Below, in pieces: positions 40,284 to 51,031 of a DNA stretch of 64,000 nt. Each line of letters begins with the position of its first letter. Position 1 is the first letter of the stretch. This DNA comes from Nitrosopumilus sp. (GTDB lineage Archaea > Thermoproteota > Nitrososphaeria > Nitrososphaerales > Nitrosopumilaceae): positions 480,001 to 544,000 of the forward strand of contig OZ244650.1 in NCBI GenBank assembly GCA_965218785.1. The letters are read 5' to 3'. Made by a program: the position numbers and the translations under genes. Under the pieces are notes generated by a model. It had not been told where the DNA came from, did not search any database, and saw only the letters and a program-made list of their open reading frames with translations.

Positions 40284-41582
40284 ATGTCACAATACGATGT
40301 TGCCATTATCGGCGGAGGCATCCTGGGTACCTGTATCTCTAATTGGATTTCATCCCTTTATGACGCAGACGTATGCGTGATTGAAAAAGAATCAGATGTT
40401 GCCATGCATGCTAGCAGCAAAAATACGGCAGTCATCCACTCCCCGTTCTATCTGAATCCCAAAACAAAAAAAATCCTGGCAAAATCCTCACTCATCTCTT
40501 ATGACATGTGGGCCAAGCTTGCAAAAATCTCTGATGTTCCTTGGAATAGGACCGGGGTATTGGAATTGGCACTCGATGAGAATCAACACAAGAGTCTTGA
40601 AGAGTATGCACGGTGGGGCTGTGAAAATGGCATTCCTTCAAATGATATAGAACTTTTAGATGGCAGGGAGGTTTCTAAAATGGAGCCTAATGTGGTGTGT
40701 CACTCTGCAATTTTTTGCAGACGTGAGGTCTCCACTGACTTTGGCGCATTTACCCGTGCAATCAAAAAGGAATCAGAAAAACATGGAACGGATTTTCTTT
40801 TGGGACAAAACGTAAAAAATATCAAACGAAACGAAAACGATTCTTCAATAATTTTTGATGATGCCTCCAATGTTTCTGCTAAATTCATAATAAACTGTGC
40901 TGGAGGCAACTCCCTGGATATAGCACAAATGCTGGGTCTTGCAACTGACTACTCTGATCTTCATTTCAGGGGCGAATACTGGATTGCAGACTCTCCGTAC
41001 AATGATCTTGTAAGGACCACAGTCTACACGGTTGCAGAATTCAAAGGATATCCATTTTTAGATCCACACTGGATAAAAAAGGCAAATGGACAAACCGAAA
41101 TTGGTCCTAATGCGGTTCCGGTTCCAAGTCCTGAAACTTATGAGGGATACATCGGTGATATTGGAACCTCGCTTTTGAAATTAAAAGATATAGTTACTGG
41201 CAATGCAAAAAAATTATTTTCTGACCCTGAATTCCTATCTATGATCTCCAAAGAATGGCTCAGCTCCTTATCGAAAACCGCGATGATTAGCCGCGTGCAA
41301 AAGTTCATTCCAAAAATTCAACCCGAATTCTTTTCACAAAAAGGAACTGCCGGTATACGTTCTCCAATTATTACTCCTGGAGGTAAATTCATGCCTGATG
41401 TCATGGAACTTGAAAACGAGCATTCCTTTAACATAATTAATTACAACTCCCCCGGGGCAACAGGGGCTCCCGCATATTCTGCATTTGTCATTAAAAAATT
41501 ACAAGAGAAGGGATTTTTGGATTTGAAGAAAGACACCAAAGAATCATTTTGGAATTTTGATGATGTTCTCAATCAAGCTTAA
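40284..41582 (+). CDS. FAD-dependent oxidoreductase, L-2-hydroxyglutarate oxidase (LhgO)-like
   Basis: IIGGGILG, EKE..VAMHAS..N..VIH, FRGEY, IGPNA, SPGAT. Confidence 0.85.
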   Translation: MSQYDVAIIGGGILGTCISNWISSLYDADVCVIEKESDVAMHASSKNTAVIHSPFYLNPKTKKILAKSSLISYDMWAKLAKISDVPWNRTGVLELALDENQHKSLEEYARWGCENGIPSNDIELLDGREVSKMEPNVVCHSAIFCRREVSTDFGAFTRAIKKESEKHGTDFLLGQNVKNIKRNENDSSIIFDDASNVSAKFIINCAGGNSLDIAQMLGLATDYSDLHFRGEYWIADSPYNDLVRTTVYTVAEFKGYPFLDPHWIKKANGQTEIGPNAVPVPSPETYEGYIGDIGTSLLKLKDIVTGNAKKLFSDPEFLSMISKEWLSSLSKTAMISRVQKFIPKIQPEFFSQKGTAGIRSPIITPGGKFMPDVMELENEHSFNIINYNSPGATGAPAYSAFVIKKLQEKGFLDLKKDTKESFWNFDDVLNQA

Positions 41583-41608
41583 TATTCTGTAACATTCAAA
41601 GCTGTATT

Positions 41609-41896
41609 ATGCTTCCTGACAAATGCTCCATGACTGAAGAAGGAAAACAATGTCTCAACCCTCCGGAATTCATCGTGTCAATCCTTGCAGATAAGGACGA
41701 ATACATGGTTGGGGTTACATGCGAAAAGCACAAACAAATTGTATCTGGCAAGATTGGTGCTCTTCAAAATGAAGGCAAGATTTATGACGGAAAAATTAGT
41801 TTTTCCCCCGTAAAGGCAGTTGGAACTGATTGCATCCGTGGAGATGCCGATGATTTTGTTCAAATTGACATGAAACCTTCCCAAAAACTGAAATAA
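41609..41896 (+). CDS. Conserved hypothetical Cys-containing protein
   Basis: 95-aa ORF with C..C..C..H pattern. Confidence 0.65.
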   Translation: MLPDKCSMTEEGKQCLNPPEFIVSILADKDEYMVGVTCEKHKQIVSGKIGALQNEGKIYDGKISFSPVKAVGTDCIRGDADDFVQIDMKPSQKLK

Positions 41897-41914
41897 TTCC
41901 AACATATAGCATAT

Positions 41915-42292
41915 TTGTTGCTTTTAGAAATACTCTCAGATCTGCTCAAAATTGATGACATCCTGTTTATCATAAAAAATAATGGAGCTACAAGTGAAAT
42001 CCGGGGCGATTCTCTTAGTATTAGACAAAATAAAAAATGGATTACCATTGGTGATAATGACGGTCCTGCACACATGCACATTGACTCGGATTCAATAAAA
42101 TACGCAGAGTTTGTACAAGAAGAAAAGCCTGAACGTACTAGTTTTAGCGTGCGATTTTTCAATAAAAATGAGGAGCGTGTTTTGGCTGCATTTTTCACAA
42201 AAATGTATGACGAATCTAAAACACTGATTTCAGAAAGAAAAAAAATTTATGATGAATTGAATCTAAAGTATTCTTGTAAAATTTTATTTTAA
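41915..42292 (+). CDS. HutX/ChuX-like heme-utilisation carrier protein
   Basis: N.GA..E, HMHI, SFSVRFFNKNEERVLAAF. Confidence 0.65.
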   Translation: MLLLEILSDLLKIDDILFIIKNNGATSEIRGDSLSIRQNKKWITIGDNDGPAHMHIDSDSIKYAEFVQEEKPERTSFSVRFFNKNEERVLAAFFTKMYDESKTLISERKKIYDELNLKYSCKILF

Positions 42293-42300
42293 AAAAAAAC

Positions 42301-42319
42301 CTTGTCTGAAAAAGACAAG
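42301..42319. terminator. Hairpin CTTGTCT-GAAAA-AGACAAG between convergent ORFs
   Basis: 7-bp perfect stem flanked by A-tracts (T-tracts on the minus strand). Confidence 0.35.
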
Positions 42320-42330
42320 TAGAAAAAATA

Positions 42331-42420
42331 TTATTGTTGGGCTTCTTTTTTCTTCTTCTCTTTTTCAGATTGTAGTTTAGCTAATTCCAATTCTTCATTA
42401 GTATGTTTGAATTTTTTCAA
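42331..42420 (-). CDS. Putative leaderless 29-aa Lys/Glu-rich microprotein
   Basis: TTG-KKFKHTNEELELAKLQSEKEKKKKEAQQ-TAA; TATA-like TTTTTATATC about 25-30 nt upstream. Confidence 0.45.
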   Translation of the reverse strand: MKKFKHTNEELELAKLQSEKEKKKKEAQQ

Positions 42421-42489
42421 TCTAATACTATATTATAATTTAGATATAAAAACTGCTCATTTTCCTGGACTGTGAGTCAGGCGTAAAAA

Positions 42490-43458
42490 TCAGTATCCGA
42501 CAGAATAGATCGGTCTTTTTCCATTCATTCCAAGATTCAAGTTTTTTACGGTAATTTCTGCCATTTTTTGCCTTGTCTCCTTTGTTGAACTTCCTATGTG
42601 TGGTGCTAGTATCACATTTTGTAGTTTTACTAATGGATGTTTCTTACTGATGGGCTCGACTTCAAACACATCTAATCCCGCACCTGCAATAATTTTTTTC
42701 TTCAGTGCCGTTACAAGATCCTTTTCATTTACTATCATGCCGCGTGATGTATTTATCAGAAATGCGGTCTTTTTCATTTTTCTAAAAATTTTCATATCAA
42801 ACATGTGTTCTGTCTCTTTTGTGTATGGCACATGAATTGAAATTATGTCGCTTTGGGAAATTAGTTCTTCAAACGAGACGTATTTTATTCCCAACACGCC
42901 TTCCATAGTTTTAGAGACACGGTTTCTGCTGTGATATGTTAATTTCATTTCAAATGCCCTTGCTCTTTTTGCAAGAGTTTTTCCAATTCTACCCAGACCT
43001 AAAATACCGAGGGTCTTGCCTTGCAGATCCGATCCCGTATAGTCATATGCTCCAAATACCTCCCTCCATCTTCCCTCTCGAATAATTCTGTCTCCTTCTG
43101 AGACTCTTCTTAGTATGTCCAACATTAATGAAAACGCAAGATCCGCAGTCGCATCTGTTAATACCTGCGGGGTATAACCTACACGGATTTTCTTGCTCTT
43201 TGCATGTGCTATATCTATATGATCAAAACCAACACTATAGGTGCTAATCACCCTGAGATTTTCAGCCAAATCCAGTGTTTCCTTGTTGATTTTGTCATAA
43301 GGAAAACAGATCAATCCGTCTACTTTCTTTATCTTTGAACGCAATTTGGTCTGAGGAATTGGAATTTTCCCTGAATGAACTTCGATTTGATATCTTTTTT
43401 TCAGTTCCTTTAATGAGGAATCATGTATTCTTCTTGTAAGAAACACTTTCTTTTCCAT
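42490..43458 (-). CDS. D-2-hydroxyacid dehydrogenase (glyoxylate reductase / D-glycerate dehydrogenase)
   Basis: SVGFDHID, GLGRIG, NTSRG, LDVFEVEP, PHIGS. Confidence 0.93.
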   Translation of the reverse strand: MEKKVFLTRRIHDSSLKELKKRYQIEVHSGKIPIPQTKLRSKIKKVDGLICFPYDKINKETLDLAENLRVISTYSVGFDHIDIAHAKSKKIRVGYTPQVLTDATADLAFSLMLDILRRVSEGDRIIREGRWREVFGAYDYTGSDLQGKTLGILGLGRIGKTLAKRARAFEMKLTYHSRNRVSKTMEGVLGIKYVSFEELISQSDIISIHVPYTKETEHMFDMKIFRKMKKTAFLINTSRGMIVNEKDLVTALKKKIIAGAGLDVFEVEPISKKHPLVKLQNVILAPHIGSSTKETRQKMAEITVKNLNLGMNGKRPIYSVGY

Positions 43459-43509
43459 TAATTTGGGATTTATATCAAACCATTTATACGATTTCCTTGT
43501 AAATGTAAC

Positions 43510-43650
43510 ATGTCTTCTGAGACTGAAGAAGAATTTGCTATCTGTGTAGAATGCGGCAGTTCCATTGAAAAATGTGTCTGTGTATGTCCTTATTGTGGGG
43601 AACGTGACAAATGTGAATGTGCGTTATTTGATGCGGCAACCGGGGGTTGA
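43510..43650 (+). CDS. 46-aa Cys-rich (8 Cys) metal-binding microprotein ending in GG
   Basis: MSSETEEEFAICVECGSSIEKCVCVCPYCGERDKCECALFDAATGG*; TTTATA at 43483-43488. Confidence 0.75.
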   Translation: MSSETEEEFAICVECGSSIEKCVCVCPYCGERDKCECALFDAATGG

Positions 43651-43699
43651 TCAAACTGTTAAAACAGATTGTTACAATTCAAATCATGGGTGATTTACA

Positions 43700-45613
43700 G
43701 TGAGTACCGTTGATTTTACATGGCTGATGGGAGGCCCGCAGGGAAGCGGCGTAGAATCAGGGGCAAATATCTTCTCCAGGGTATGTGCGGCAATGGGATA
43801 CCAAATATTTGGCAAACGGGAGTTTTATTCTAACATCAAGGGTGAACACAGTTATTTTGCAGTCAGAGTTTCAAATGAGAACATTCATTCCAACGTAAAT
43901 GACGTGACATTGATGGTCTCATTTGATGCGGAGACTATCTTTCGTCATTTTGACGAGGTTTCTTCAGACGGCGGGATAATCTATGATTCTGAATTGGAAA
44001 ATACTGATACTGACAAAGTCCGTACTTTGGACTCCCCGTTCAAGGAACGATTACATAAATTCCTTGAATCAAAAAACAAGCCATTTACAATCGCCGGCGT
44101 TCTTGAAGTTGCTAAAGAAAAGGGCGTCAGTCTCTACCCGGTATCATTTAAGAGCATTTTAGAGGATATGGCTCAAAAGGCTGACAATCCAAAACTGCGC
44201 GGACTAGTTAGAATGTACAATGTAATTGGCGTTTCATTATCTTTGGGGATGATCAAAATGCCGTCTGACTCTTTACTTCATGCAGTAAGTGTGATATTTT
44301 CAAAAAAACCCCGGATTGCAGAGATAAACAAACAGGTTGCAAATTATTCATACAATTATGCTTCAACCAAATTTGAAAATTTCGGACACAGTCTAACTGG
44401 AACTACAAAACAGTCTGAAACAATTCTTGTTCAGGGTCATTATGGAACTTCGATTGGAAAAATGGTCTGTGGGTGCAGATTCCAGTCGTACTATCCAATC
44501 ACCCCTGCCTCTGATGAAAGCGTGTACTTGGAATCAAATGAAATTTTACAGGTTCGAAATGACAGACCCGGATCTACTGCGGTAATTCAGACCGAGGATG
44601 AAATTTCTGCAATGGGTATGATGATTGGTGCTGCATTGACTGGTACGCGTTCTTCAACATCCACTTCCGGTCCCGGATTTGCGCTGATGACTGAGGCATT
44701 AGGATGGGCCGGAATCAACGAGGTTCCTGTTGTAATTACTTTGTATCAGAGAAGCGGACCTTCAACTGGTCTTCCAACTAGACACGGACAGGATGATCTG
44801 CTTTTTACAGTTTTTGCAGGACATGGGGATTTTCCAAAGATTGTTTATGCATCCGGTGACATCGAGGAAAGTTTCTATGATACTGGCAGGTGCTTTAATT
44901 ATGCCGATAAATATCAAATTCCGGTAATCCATATGATGGACAAGTTTATGTCCAGTTCGGTAGTTACCTGTAAAAAGTTTGATCCAAACAGAATCTCCAT
45001 TGATCGAGGCAAGCTGCTAGAGCGAGTAGAGGGTGGTGAATACAAGAGATTTGCCTTTACTGATGATGGTATCTCTCCACGCTCCAGACTTGGGCTGGAT
45101 AATGGCGTGTTTTGGAACACCGGGGACGAATCTGATGAATATGGACATATTACCGAAGATCCTCAAATCCGAATAAGGATGATGGATAAGAGGATGTCAC
45201 GACTGGATCTGGCGCTAGAAAAAATCCCAATCGATGAGCAGGTGGTGTCTTTTGGCGTTCATAAATACACGATAATTTCATGGGGATCTACAAAGGGTCC
45301 GATCATTGATGCACAATCCATGCTAAAAAAAGAGGGAATTGACATTGGTTTTATCCAAATCAAGCTTCTCCATCCGTTCCCCGGCCAATACGTAAAATCC
45401 CTTCTCAAGGACGCCAAAATACTAATTGACATAGAGGCAAACCATTCCGGACAACTGGGAAGACTCTTCAAACAAAACGTATCTAGGGAAATCGACTATC
45501 ATGTTTTAAAATACACGGGCAGGGGAATGACTAGTACGGAAATTTATGATTCACTAAAGAAGATTGTTGAAAACAAGGCTTCAAAAAGGGAGGTTCTAAG
45601 TCATGGCGCTTAA
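43700..45613 (+). CDS. korA: 2-oxoacid:ferredoxin oxidoreductase alpha subunit
   Basis: [35 protein letters not shown]. Confidence 0.95.
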   Translation: MSTVDFTWLMGGPQGSGVESGANIFSRVCAAMGYQIFGKREFYSNIKGEHSYFAVRVSNENIHSNVNDVTLMVSFDAETIFRHFDEVSSDGGIIYDSELENTDTDKVRTLDSPFKERLHKFLESKNKPFTIAGVLEVAKEKGVSLYPVSFKSILEDMAQKADNPKLRGLVRMYNVIGVSLSLGMIKMPSDSLLHAVSVIFSKKPRIAEINKQVANYSYNYASTKFENFGHSLTGTTKQSETILVQGHYGTSIGKMVCGCRFQSYYPITPASDESVYLESNEILQVRNDRPGSTAVIQTEDEISAMGMMIGAALTGTRSSTSTSGPGFALMTEALGWAGINEVPVVITLYQRSGPSTGLPTRHGQDDLLFTVFAGHGDFPKIVYASGDIEESFYDTGRCFNYADKYQIPVIHMMDKFMSSSVVTCKKFDPNRISIDRGKLLERVEGGEYKRFAFTDDGISPRSRLGLDNGVFWNTGDESDEYGHITEDPQIRIRMMDKRMSRLDLALEKIPIDEQVVSFGVHKYTIISWGSTKGPIIDAQSMLKKEGIDIGFIQIKLLHPFPGQYVKSLLKDAKILIDIEANHSGQLGRLFKQNVSREIDYHVLKYTGRGMTSTEIYDSLKKIVENKASKREVLSHGA

Positions 45614-46565
45614 ACTTGCCGACTACAAAACCGACGTTCACAATGATTGGTGTCCTGGCTGCGGGGATTTTGGAATAGTAAATGCACTGCAGATGGCATT
45701 AGCTGAAATGGGAATAAAACGAGACAATGCGACAATCTTTTCTGGAATCGGATGTTCTGGTAAAACCTCGCATTTCATCAATACATACGGGGTTCACACT
45801 CTTCATGGCAGGGTTCTCACTTTTGCACAGGGTGGAAAACTTGCAAATCCTGAGATGACAGTGATTGCAGTTGGCGGTGACGGTGACGGTTTGGGAATTG
45901 GCGCGGGTCACTTTGTTGCAGCTGGTAGAAGAAACGTGGATATGACTTATATTATTTTTGATAATGGTGTTTATGGTTTAACAAAGGGACAGGCATCTCC
46001 TACTCTTAAATTGGGTGAAAAGACAAAGTCACTTCCTTCACCAAATACGAACTATAATGTCAATCCCATCGGACTGGCTATCGTCAGCGGCTTTACATTT
46101 GTTGCCAGGGGATATTCTTATGATGTGCGACACCTCAAGGATCTGATAATTCAAGCAGTCAAACACAAAGGCCTGTCATTTCTTGATGTTTTGCAGCCGT
46201 GTCCTACGTATAATGATATCAATACACGGGATTGGTATGCCGGCGTGGATCTGGCCGAGGAATCCCTGCAAAGACATTCTAGAATTTACAAACTTGAGGA
46301 CACGCATTATGAGCCATACGTGCATTACAATGAAGAATCCGAGGTCAATGAAAAACTCTCCCAGGCCCTGATTAAATCCCTGGAATGGGGAAACAAGATA
46401 CCAACGGGCGTATTTTACCAAAATGAGCTGATCTCCCCCTATGCCGTGAGAATTACCGATAAAATCCCAAATTATCTTGAAAATCCCCCCGCCAAGCAGA
46501 AAATCTCGGAAAATGGATTGCCTGTTACGGATGTCTCTGGAATTCTTGATTCTTTGGAAGTTTAG
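45603..46565 (+). CDS. korB: 2-oxoacid:ferredoxin oxidoreductase beta subunit
   Basis: WCPGCG, SGIGCS, GDGD TPP motif, YGLTKGQ. Confidence 0.95.
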   Translation: MALKLADYKTDVHNDWCPGCGDFGIVNALQMALAEMGIKRDNATIFSGIGCSGKTSHFINTYGVHTLHGRVLTFAQGGKLANPEMTVIAVGGDGDGLGIGAGHFVAAGRRNVDMTYIIFDNGVYGLTKGQASPTLKLGEKTKSLPSPNTNYNVNPIGLAIVSGFTFVARGYSYDVRHLKDLIIQAVKHKGLSFLDVLQPCPTYNDINTRDWYAGVDLAEESLQRHSRIYKLEDTHYEPYVHYNEESEVNEKLSQALIKSLEWGNKIPTGVFYQNELISPYAVRITDKIPNYLENPPAKQKISENGLPVTDVSGILDSLEV

Positions 46566-46614
46566 ATGTGGCACCTAAGAAGTTATAGACTAGTTTGTAG
46601 TTGATATTCTGCTG

Positions 46615-47049
46615 TTGAATATTTACGAGGCAAATAAAATATTCCGGAAATCCATCATCCGGGGATTCTTTGAACCGCAACTACTGAGTCTTGATTTTAA
46701 AAAATCCCCCATAAAACACCCCTCCATAAATGATGACGGTCTAATGCAGTCTGATCTGCTTCATATTTTTTTTGATGTGGAAACTGGTTCTGACTATCCT
46801 GACGGTGATGAATGGTTTATTGTGGATATGTTGTTTCCTCATGACGTGAAGTTTCCTGACAGTCTGAAGGGTCCTGATTATTTTATCACTCTTTCAGTTG
46901 ATGGTGACAAAACATACTGGCATCATCGTGAATTAATCCGTTACAAGTATGGAAAATCTAAAAAACTGGACATGGCTTTGGAATTTTTGGAAGTAAAATA
47001 CAAGGAACTTCATAAATTGCTAGAACCACTACAAAACGATCTCAAGTAA
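46615..47049 (+). CDS. Hypothetical protein
   Basis: 144-aa ORF with host-like composition. Confidence 0.65.
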   Translation: MNIYEANKIFRKSIIRGFFEPQLLSLDFKKSPIKHPSINDDGLMQSDLLHIFFDVETGSDYPDGDEWFIVDMLFPHDVKFPDSLKGPDYFITLSVDGDKTYWHHRELIRYKYGKSKKLDMALEFLEVKYKELHKLLEPLQNDLK

Positions 47050-47575
47050 TTTCTTTCCAGCAATCCCCTACAAAGGAATATTTCTTGTTTTCAGAAGATG
47101 CGGTACTAAGACGCCATCTAACTGATTTTGAATCAAACACGTACGTAATCTCTGAAATCTGCGATGGCAGCTTTTCGGGATCCAAGTGGTACGGCAGCAG
47201 TTCCAAAACAAAATCAATCTTTTCCACAGCGTTATCAAACCACTGCTTGTCCTTGCTATCTACTGTAAACACAGTTTTTGGTTGTCCGACAAAATTAATC
47301 CTAATCTTCAAGGCATTGCCTGTCCCTCTTCTCCGCTTCATCTCCTTGAAAATTGCCTTGACTCCTTCCCAGCGTTTAAACTCAAACCATTGAAAAAATG
47401 CCTCATTAAATGCCAGAGGGATACTCACATCCAGAAAACTTACAAAATCCTTGTCATCTGGTTCTACCTCGTCTTGGATCACCTTAAAACGGGAATTTAG
47501 GAATCCATACAGGACCTCGATCTCCCAGGGCGATATTCCATAATATCGTAATTTGACTTCCAAACTTTCTGACAA
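47042..47575 (-). CDS. Hypothetical protein
   Basis: 177-aa ORF, convergent overlap with neighbour. Confidence 0.7.
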   Translation of the reverse strand: MSESLEVKLRYYGISPWEIEVLYGFLNSRFKVIQDEVEPDDKDFVSFLDVSIPLAFNEAFFQWFEFKRWEGVKAIFKEMKRRRGTGNALKIRINFVGQPKTVFTVDSKDKQWFDNAVEKIDFVLELLPYHLDPEKLPSQISEITYVFDSKSVRWRLSTASSENKKYSFVGDCWKEIT

Positions 47576-47680
47576 TATTATATAAAATTGAAAATTGTAA
47601 TTAAATCTTCAAGCCTAGTAACCATTAGGTCAATTTCGTCCTAAAATTAAAATTATATGGCGTGAGTTAGTTATTCAAGC

Positions 47681-48010
47681 ATGAAGAAGGAATTTGTGGT
47701 AAGAAGCATCGATGCGGCACCTGATGGAGCGCCATACGTCTTGGTTTCATTATCCTCAATTAAAGATCTTAAAGGAGACACCAAAAGTCCCCAACTGCCT
47801 TTTGGAAGCCCCAAAGTCATGGGATTTACAAACATGAATGACATGATGAAGGATCTAAACAAGATGTTGTCTGGTGCGGGGGGGTCAATGGGAATGCAAA
47901 ACGGTGTTACGCAATTAAAACTTGAAATGCATGAATACAAAGACATGGCTCTTGCAGTCGGAGATAAAGTGTTTCTGGAATTGAGCAAGGCCGAAACACT
48001 GGGCATCTAA
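47681..48010 (+). CDS. Hypothetical small beta-barrel-like protein
   Basis: 109-aa ORF with TATA-like element upstream; L...EY......VGDKV.L C terminus. Confidence 0.7.
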   Translation: MKKEFVVRSIDAAPDGAPYVLVSLSSIKDLKGDTKSPQLPFGSPKVMGFTNMNDMMKDLNKMLSGAGGSMGMQNGVTQLKLEMHEYKDMALAVGDKVFLELSKAETLGI

Positions 48011-48577
48011 CTATAAGATCGTGTTGAAATATTTCCAGCCATAAAAGGCGGCAATCGTTCCGATTACAAACAGCATCGGCTTCCATGCAAACACCGGAAT
48101 ACTTGGAGTTGCAAGTTTCACCTTGTAATTATCTAAAATAACATGAACATTTTTCTTGATTTTATCGTGCCAGATACTGTACTCTATTTGATATTTTTTC
48201 AGAATTTCCTCCACTTCATAAACAACCGGCGTTCTCTGTGAAAAAAGATGTTGAAGGTAATCCCTTGAAACTTCCACCTCTGCATGAATTCCAATCAATC
48301 CTTTTTTAAGATCAACCATTCTAACGTGCATCTCCCACGGTTTTTTTAACTTTAGATTAAGCCCGTTTCCAATTTGTTCTGGCTGCTTGTGCTCAAACTT
48401 TACCTTGGTAAATCCCTCCTCGGTAAAAATTTTCATCAATTCTTCAAAACTTTTCTTTACTACGATGTGGAGCTGTTCTACTCCCTTGCTATCAACATCT
48501 ATCTTGCGTTTTAATCCATCTAGAAACGAAATTGTTTTTGGATATGTTGTAAGATATTCCATTATTCTGTCCACCAA
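48011..48577 (-). CDS. Hypothetical protein with C-terminal TM helix
   Basis: 188-aa ORF; WEMHVR, HAEVE. Confidence 0.7.
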   Translation of the reverse strand: MVDRIMEYLTTYPKTISFLDGLKRKIDVDSKGVEQLHIVVKKSFEELMKIFTEEGFTKVKFEHKQPEQIGNGLNLKLKKPWEMHVRMVDLKKGLIGIHAEVEVSRDYLQHLFSQRTPVVYEVEEILKKYQIEYSIWHDKIKKNVHVILDNYKVKLATPSIPVFAWKPMLFVIGTIAAFYGWKYFNTIL

Positions 48578-48767
48578 AATACCTCTATTTAAAGCAGAAC
48601 CATGTTAAATTTATTGATGGTGCGAATTGGCGTTGAATTTCAAACGGTTATTGGATCTGGATAATGCTGGAAGGACGGCATTTCTTCCATCTCATAACTG
48701 TATTATTTTATCCGCCGGATGGTCTGCATTACTGATTGTTCCCTGTAATGGAATATCATTTGGAATG

Positions 48768-49553
48768 CTAAGAATCCTGACTGTTTGGAGATCCTGATAG
48801 TCCTCTTACGTAGAGACACTGGTCTGGCGATATTGCCATTTCTGAAGGGTTGATTTTTCTATCTGTAAGTTTTGCATCCGAGTCTCTTACTATTGCAAAC
48901 GGTTTTGATTCTGCACCTTCACCCATCTTGTGATTTGCAATGGTTGCAAGATTATCTGCCACTGCTTGAAATGTCACTTTTAGCGGATTGCCATCCAGAT
49001 CTTTTCTGGCCCTCATATCTAAAACCGGCTCTATTCCGGCACATGCCACAGCAACTCCCGAGGTTCCAATCCTTGCCGGCATTAATCGACTGTCTACTAA
49101 AACCACTCCGACATGAACAAGCATTTTTAAGAAAATCTTTCTGCGAATTTGCTCTGCAATAAGATATGGGTTTGCAGGATACAGGATTACACTGCCTTTT
49201 TTTGCATTGGACTTGTCAATTCCCGCATTTGGGGCCATTATATCATCTGATGATGTAATTACAAACCCCCCTATCCCGCCAAAAATTTTGTCAGACTCTC
49301 TTACAATAACTTCGGCAATCTCCGGTTTTAGCCGAAATTCTTTTGAAACTTTTGAACCCTGATCTGACGTTCTAATTTTTTGAAGATCTATGATCCTACC
49401 CTGTGAATTTGAGATATATTTTGTTGAAATGACCAAAACATCCCCGTTTTGTAACTTGGCATTGTTTTTTTCTAATGTTTTTGAGAGTGCCTCAAAAACC
49501 TCGAATTTCTCCTCCATTCTTTCTGCCAAGAGAGGCAAAACGGTTAACTGCAT
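48768..49553 (-). CDS. cofE: Coenzyme F420-0:L-glutamate ligase
   Basis: GDVLVISTK, NAGIDKSN, DLDG..L.VT..AVAD, MGEGAE..P. Confidence 0.92.
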   Translation of the reverse strand: MQLTVLPLLAERMEEKFEVFEALSKTLEKNNAKLQNGDVLVISTKYISNSQGRIIDLQKIRTSDQGSKVSKEFRLKPEIAEVIVRESDKIFGGIGGFVITSSDDIMAPNAGIDKSNAKKGSVILYPANPYLIAEQIRRKIFLKMLVHVGVVLVDSRLMPARIGTSGVAVACAGIEPVLDMRARKDLDGNPLKVTFQAVADNLATIANHKMGEGAESKPFAIVRDSDAKLTDRKINPSEMAISPDQCLYVRGLSGSPNSQDS

Positions 49554-49762
49554 GAGATTCCAAGCCTTCTTTTGTTTTTTATTGTTTTGATGGTGATAAT
49601 AATGATGATTGGATTCAGTTAATCCTTGGTTTTTGACATCAGTCTCAAATGCGCCGGTGATAAATGGAATTAGAAATATGATAAAAACAAAAGATAATCC
49701 TGATTAAATCCGCGCCTCCTAATATTGAAAGCTTTTAATCTGTATGACGGGCTTTTTTGATT

Positions 49763-51031
49763 ATGAATATTGTCGAGAAGATTCTGGCACGTGCATCTGG
49801 CAAATCCTCCGTGTCCCCAGATGATGTTATTTTTGCCAACGTCGACAAGGTCATGGTTCATGACGTATCCGGACCTGGTGTAATGAAGGTATTTGATAAA
49901 TTAAAGAAACAGGGCGTCTCCGTTGATAAATTATGGGATCCCACAAAAGTCTGGGTGGCCGAAGATCATTTTGTTCCTTCAGCAGAAAAAGTATCTGCGG
50001 AAAATATTGTAAAACTATCAAACTTTACAAAAAATTACGGAATTGAAAAACATTTCAAATATGGCATGGGGCAATACGGAATCTGCCATACCCTGTCTCA
50101 CGAAGAAGCAATGGTGATGCCAGGCGATGTTTATGTTGGCGGAGATTCACACACAAACACAACTGGTGCCCTGGGTGCATTTGCCTGTGGATTGGGACAT
50201 ACCGATATTGCCTACGTACTGCTTAATGGAAAGATCTGGTTCAAGGTTCCAGAAACCTATTACTTTAAGCTTAATGGAAAATTGCCTGACCATGTTATGG
50301 CCAAAGACCTGATTCTGAAGATAATCGGTGAAATAGGTACTGATGGCGGTGCATATAGAACAATGCAGTTTGGCGGCAGTGGCGTTGATGAGATGTCTGT
50401 CCAAAGCAGGCTGACGCTGTGTAACATGACTACTGAGGCAGGTGCAAAAAATGGAATTGTCGAGCCGGATCAAAAAGTCGTTGATTATCTTTCCAACCGT
50501 GGCGCAACAAATGTAAGTTTGATACACGGTGATGGTGCAGAATATGCCAAGGTGTTTGAATATGAAAGTTCGGAGATGGAGCCAATCGTGGCAAAACCAT
50601 TCTCTCCTGAGAATATCTCCGTTGTAAGAGAGGCACCTTCTGTGGAATTGGACAAGTCTTACATTGGATCTTGTACAGGTGCAAAGTACGAAGATTTAGA
50701 AGCTGTGGCAAAAATCCTCAAAGGAAGAAAGGTAAAGATTAGGACTCAAATCCTGCCTGCGACCATTTCGATTTACCAGCGTGCAATGGAAAACGGCCTG
50801 TTGAAAATTTTCTTGGATGCCGGCGTGACTGTTGGTCCTCCTACCTGTGGGGCATGTTGTGGCGCCCACATGGGCGTCCTGGCAAAAGATGAAATCTGTA
50901 TTAGCACCACCAATCGAAATTTTCCTGGAAGAATGGGCCATGTAGAATCTCAGACCTATCTTTCATCCCCGCTGGTAGCTGCAGCATCTGCTGTCACTGG
51001 AAAAATCACCGATCCGAGGGATTTGAAATGA
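49763..51031 (+). CDS. Archaeal-type isopropylmalate/homoaconitate hydratase large subunit
   Basis: DSHT, IGSCT, CGACCG, NRNFPGRMG. Confidence 0.92.
   Translation: MNIVEKILARASGKSSVSPDDVIFANVDKVMVHDVSGPGVMKVFDKLKKQGVSVDKLWDPTKVWVAEDHFVPSAEKVSAENIVKLSNFTKNYGIEKHFKYGMGQYGICHTLSHEEAMVMPGDVYVGGDSHTNTTGALGAFACGLGHTDIAYVLLNGKIWFKVPETYYFKLNGKLPDHVMAKDLILKIIGEIGTDGGAYRTMQFGGSGVDEMSVQSRLTLCNMTTEAGAKNGIVEPDQKVVDYLSNRGATNVSLIHGDGAEYAKVFEYESSEMEPIVAKPFSPENISVVREAPSVELDKSYIGSCTGAKYEDLEAVAKILKGRKVKIRTQILPATISIYQRAMENGLLKIFLDAGVTVGPPTCGACCGAHMGVLAKDEICISTTNRNFPGRMGHVESQTYLSSPLVAAASAVTGKITDPRDLK

Noticed and set aside
49554-49700. Open frame with HHYYHH upstream of and in frame with cofE
   Set aside because: No start codon before the in-frame stop; likely chance.
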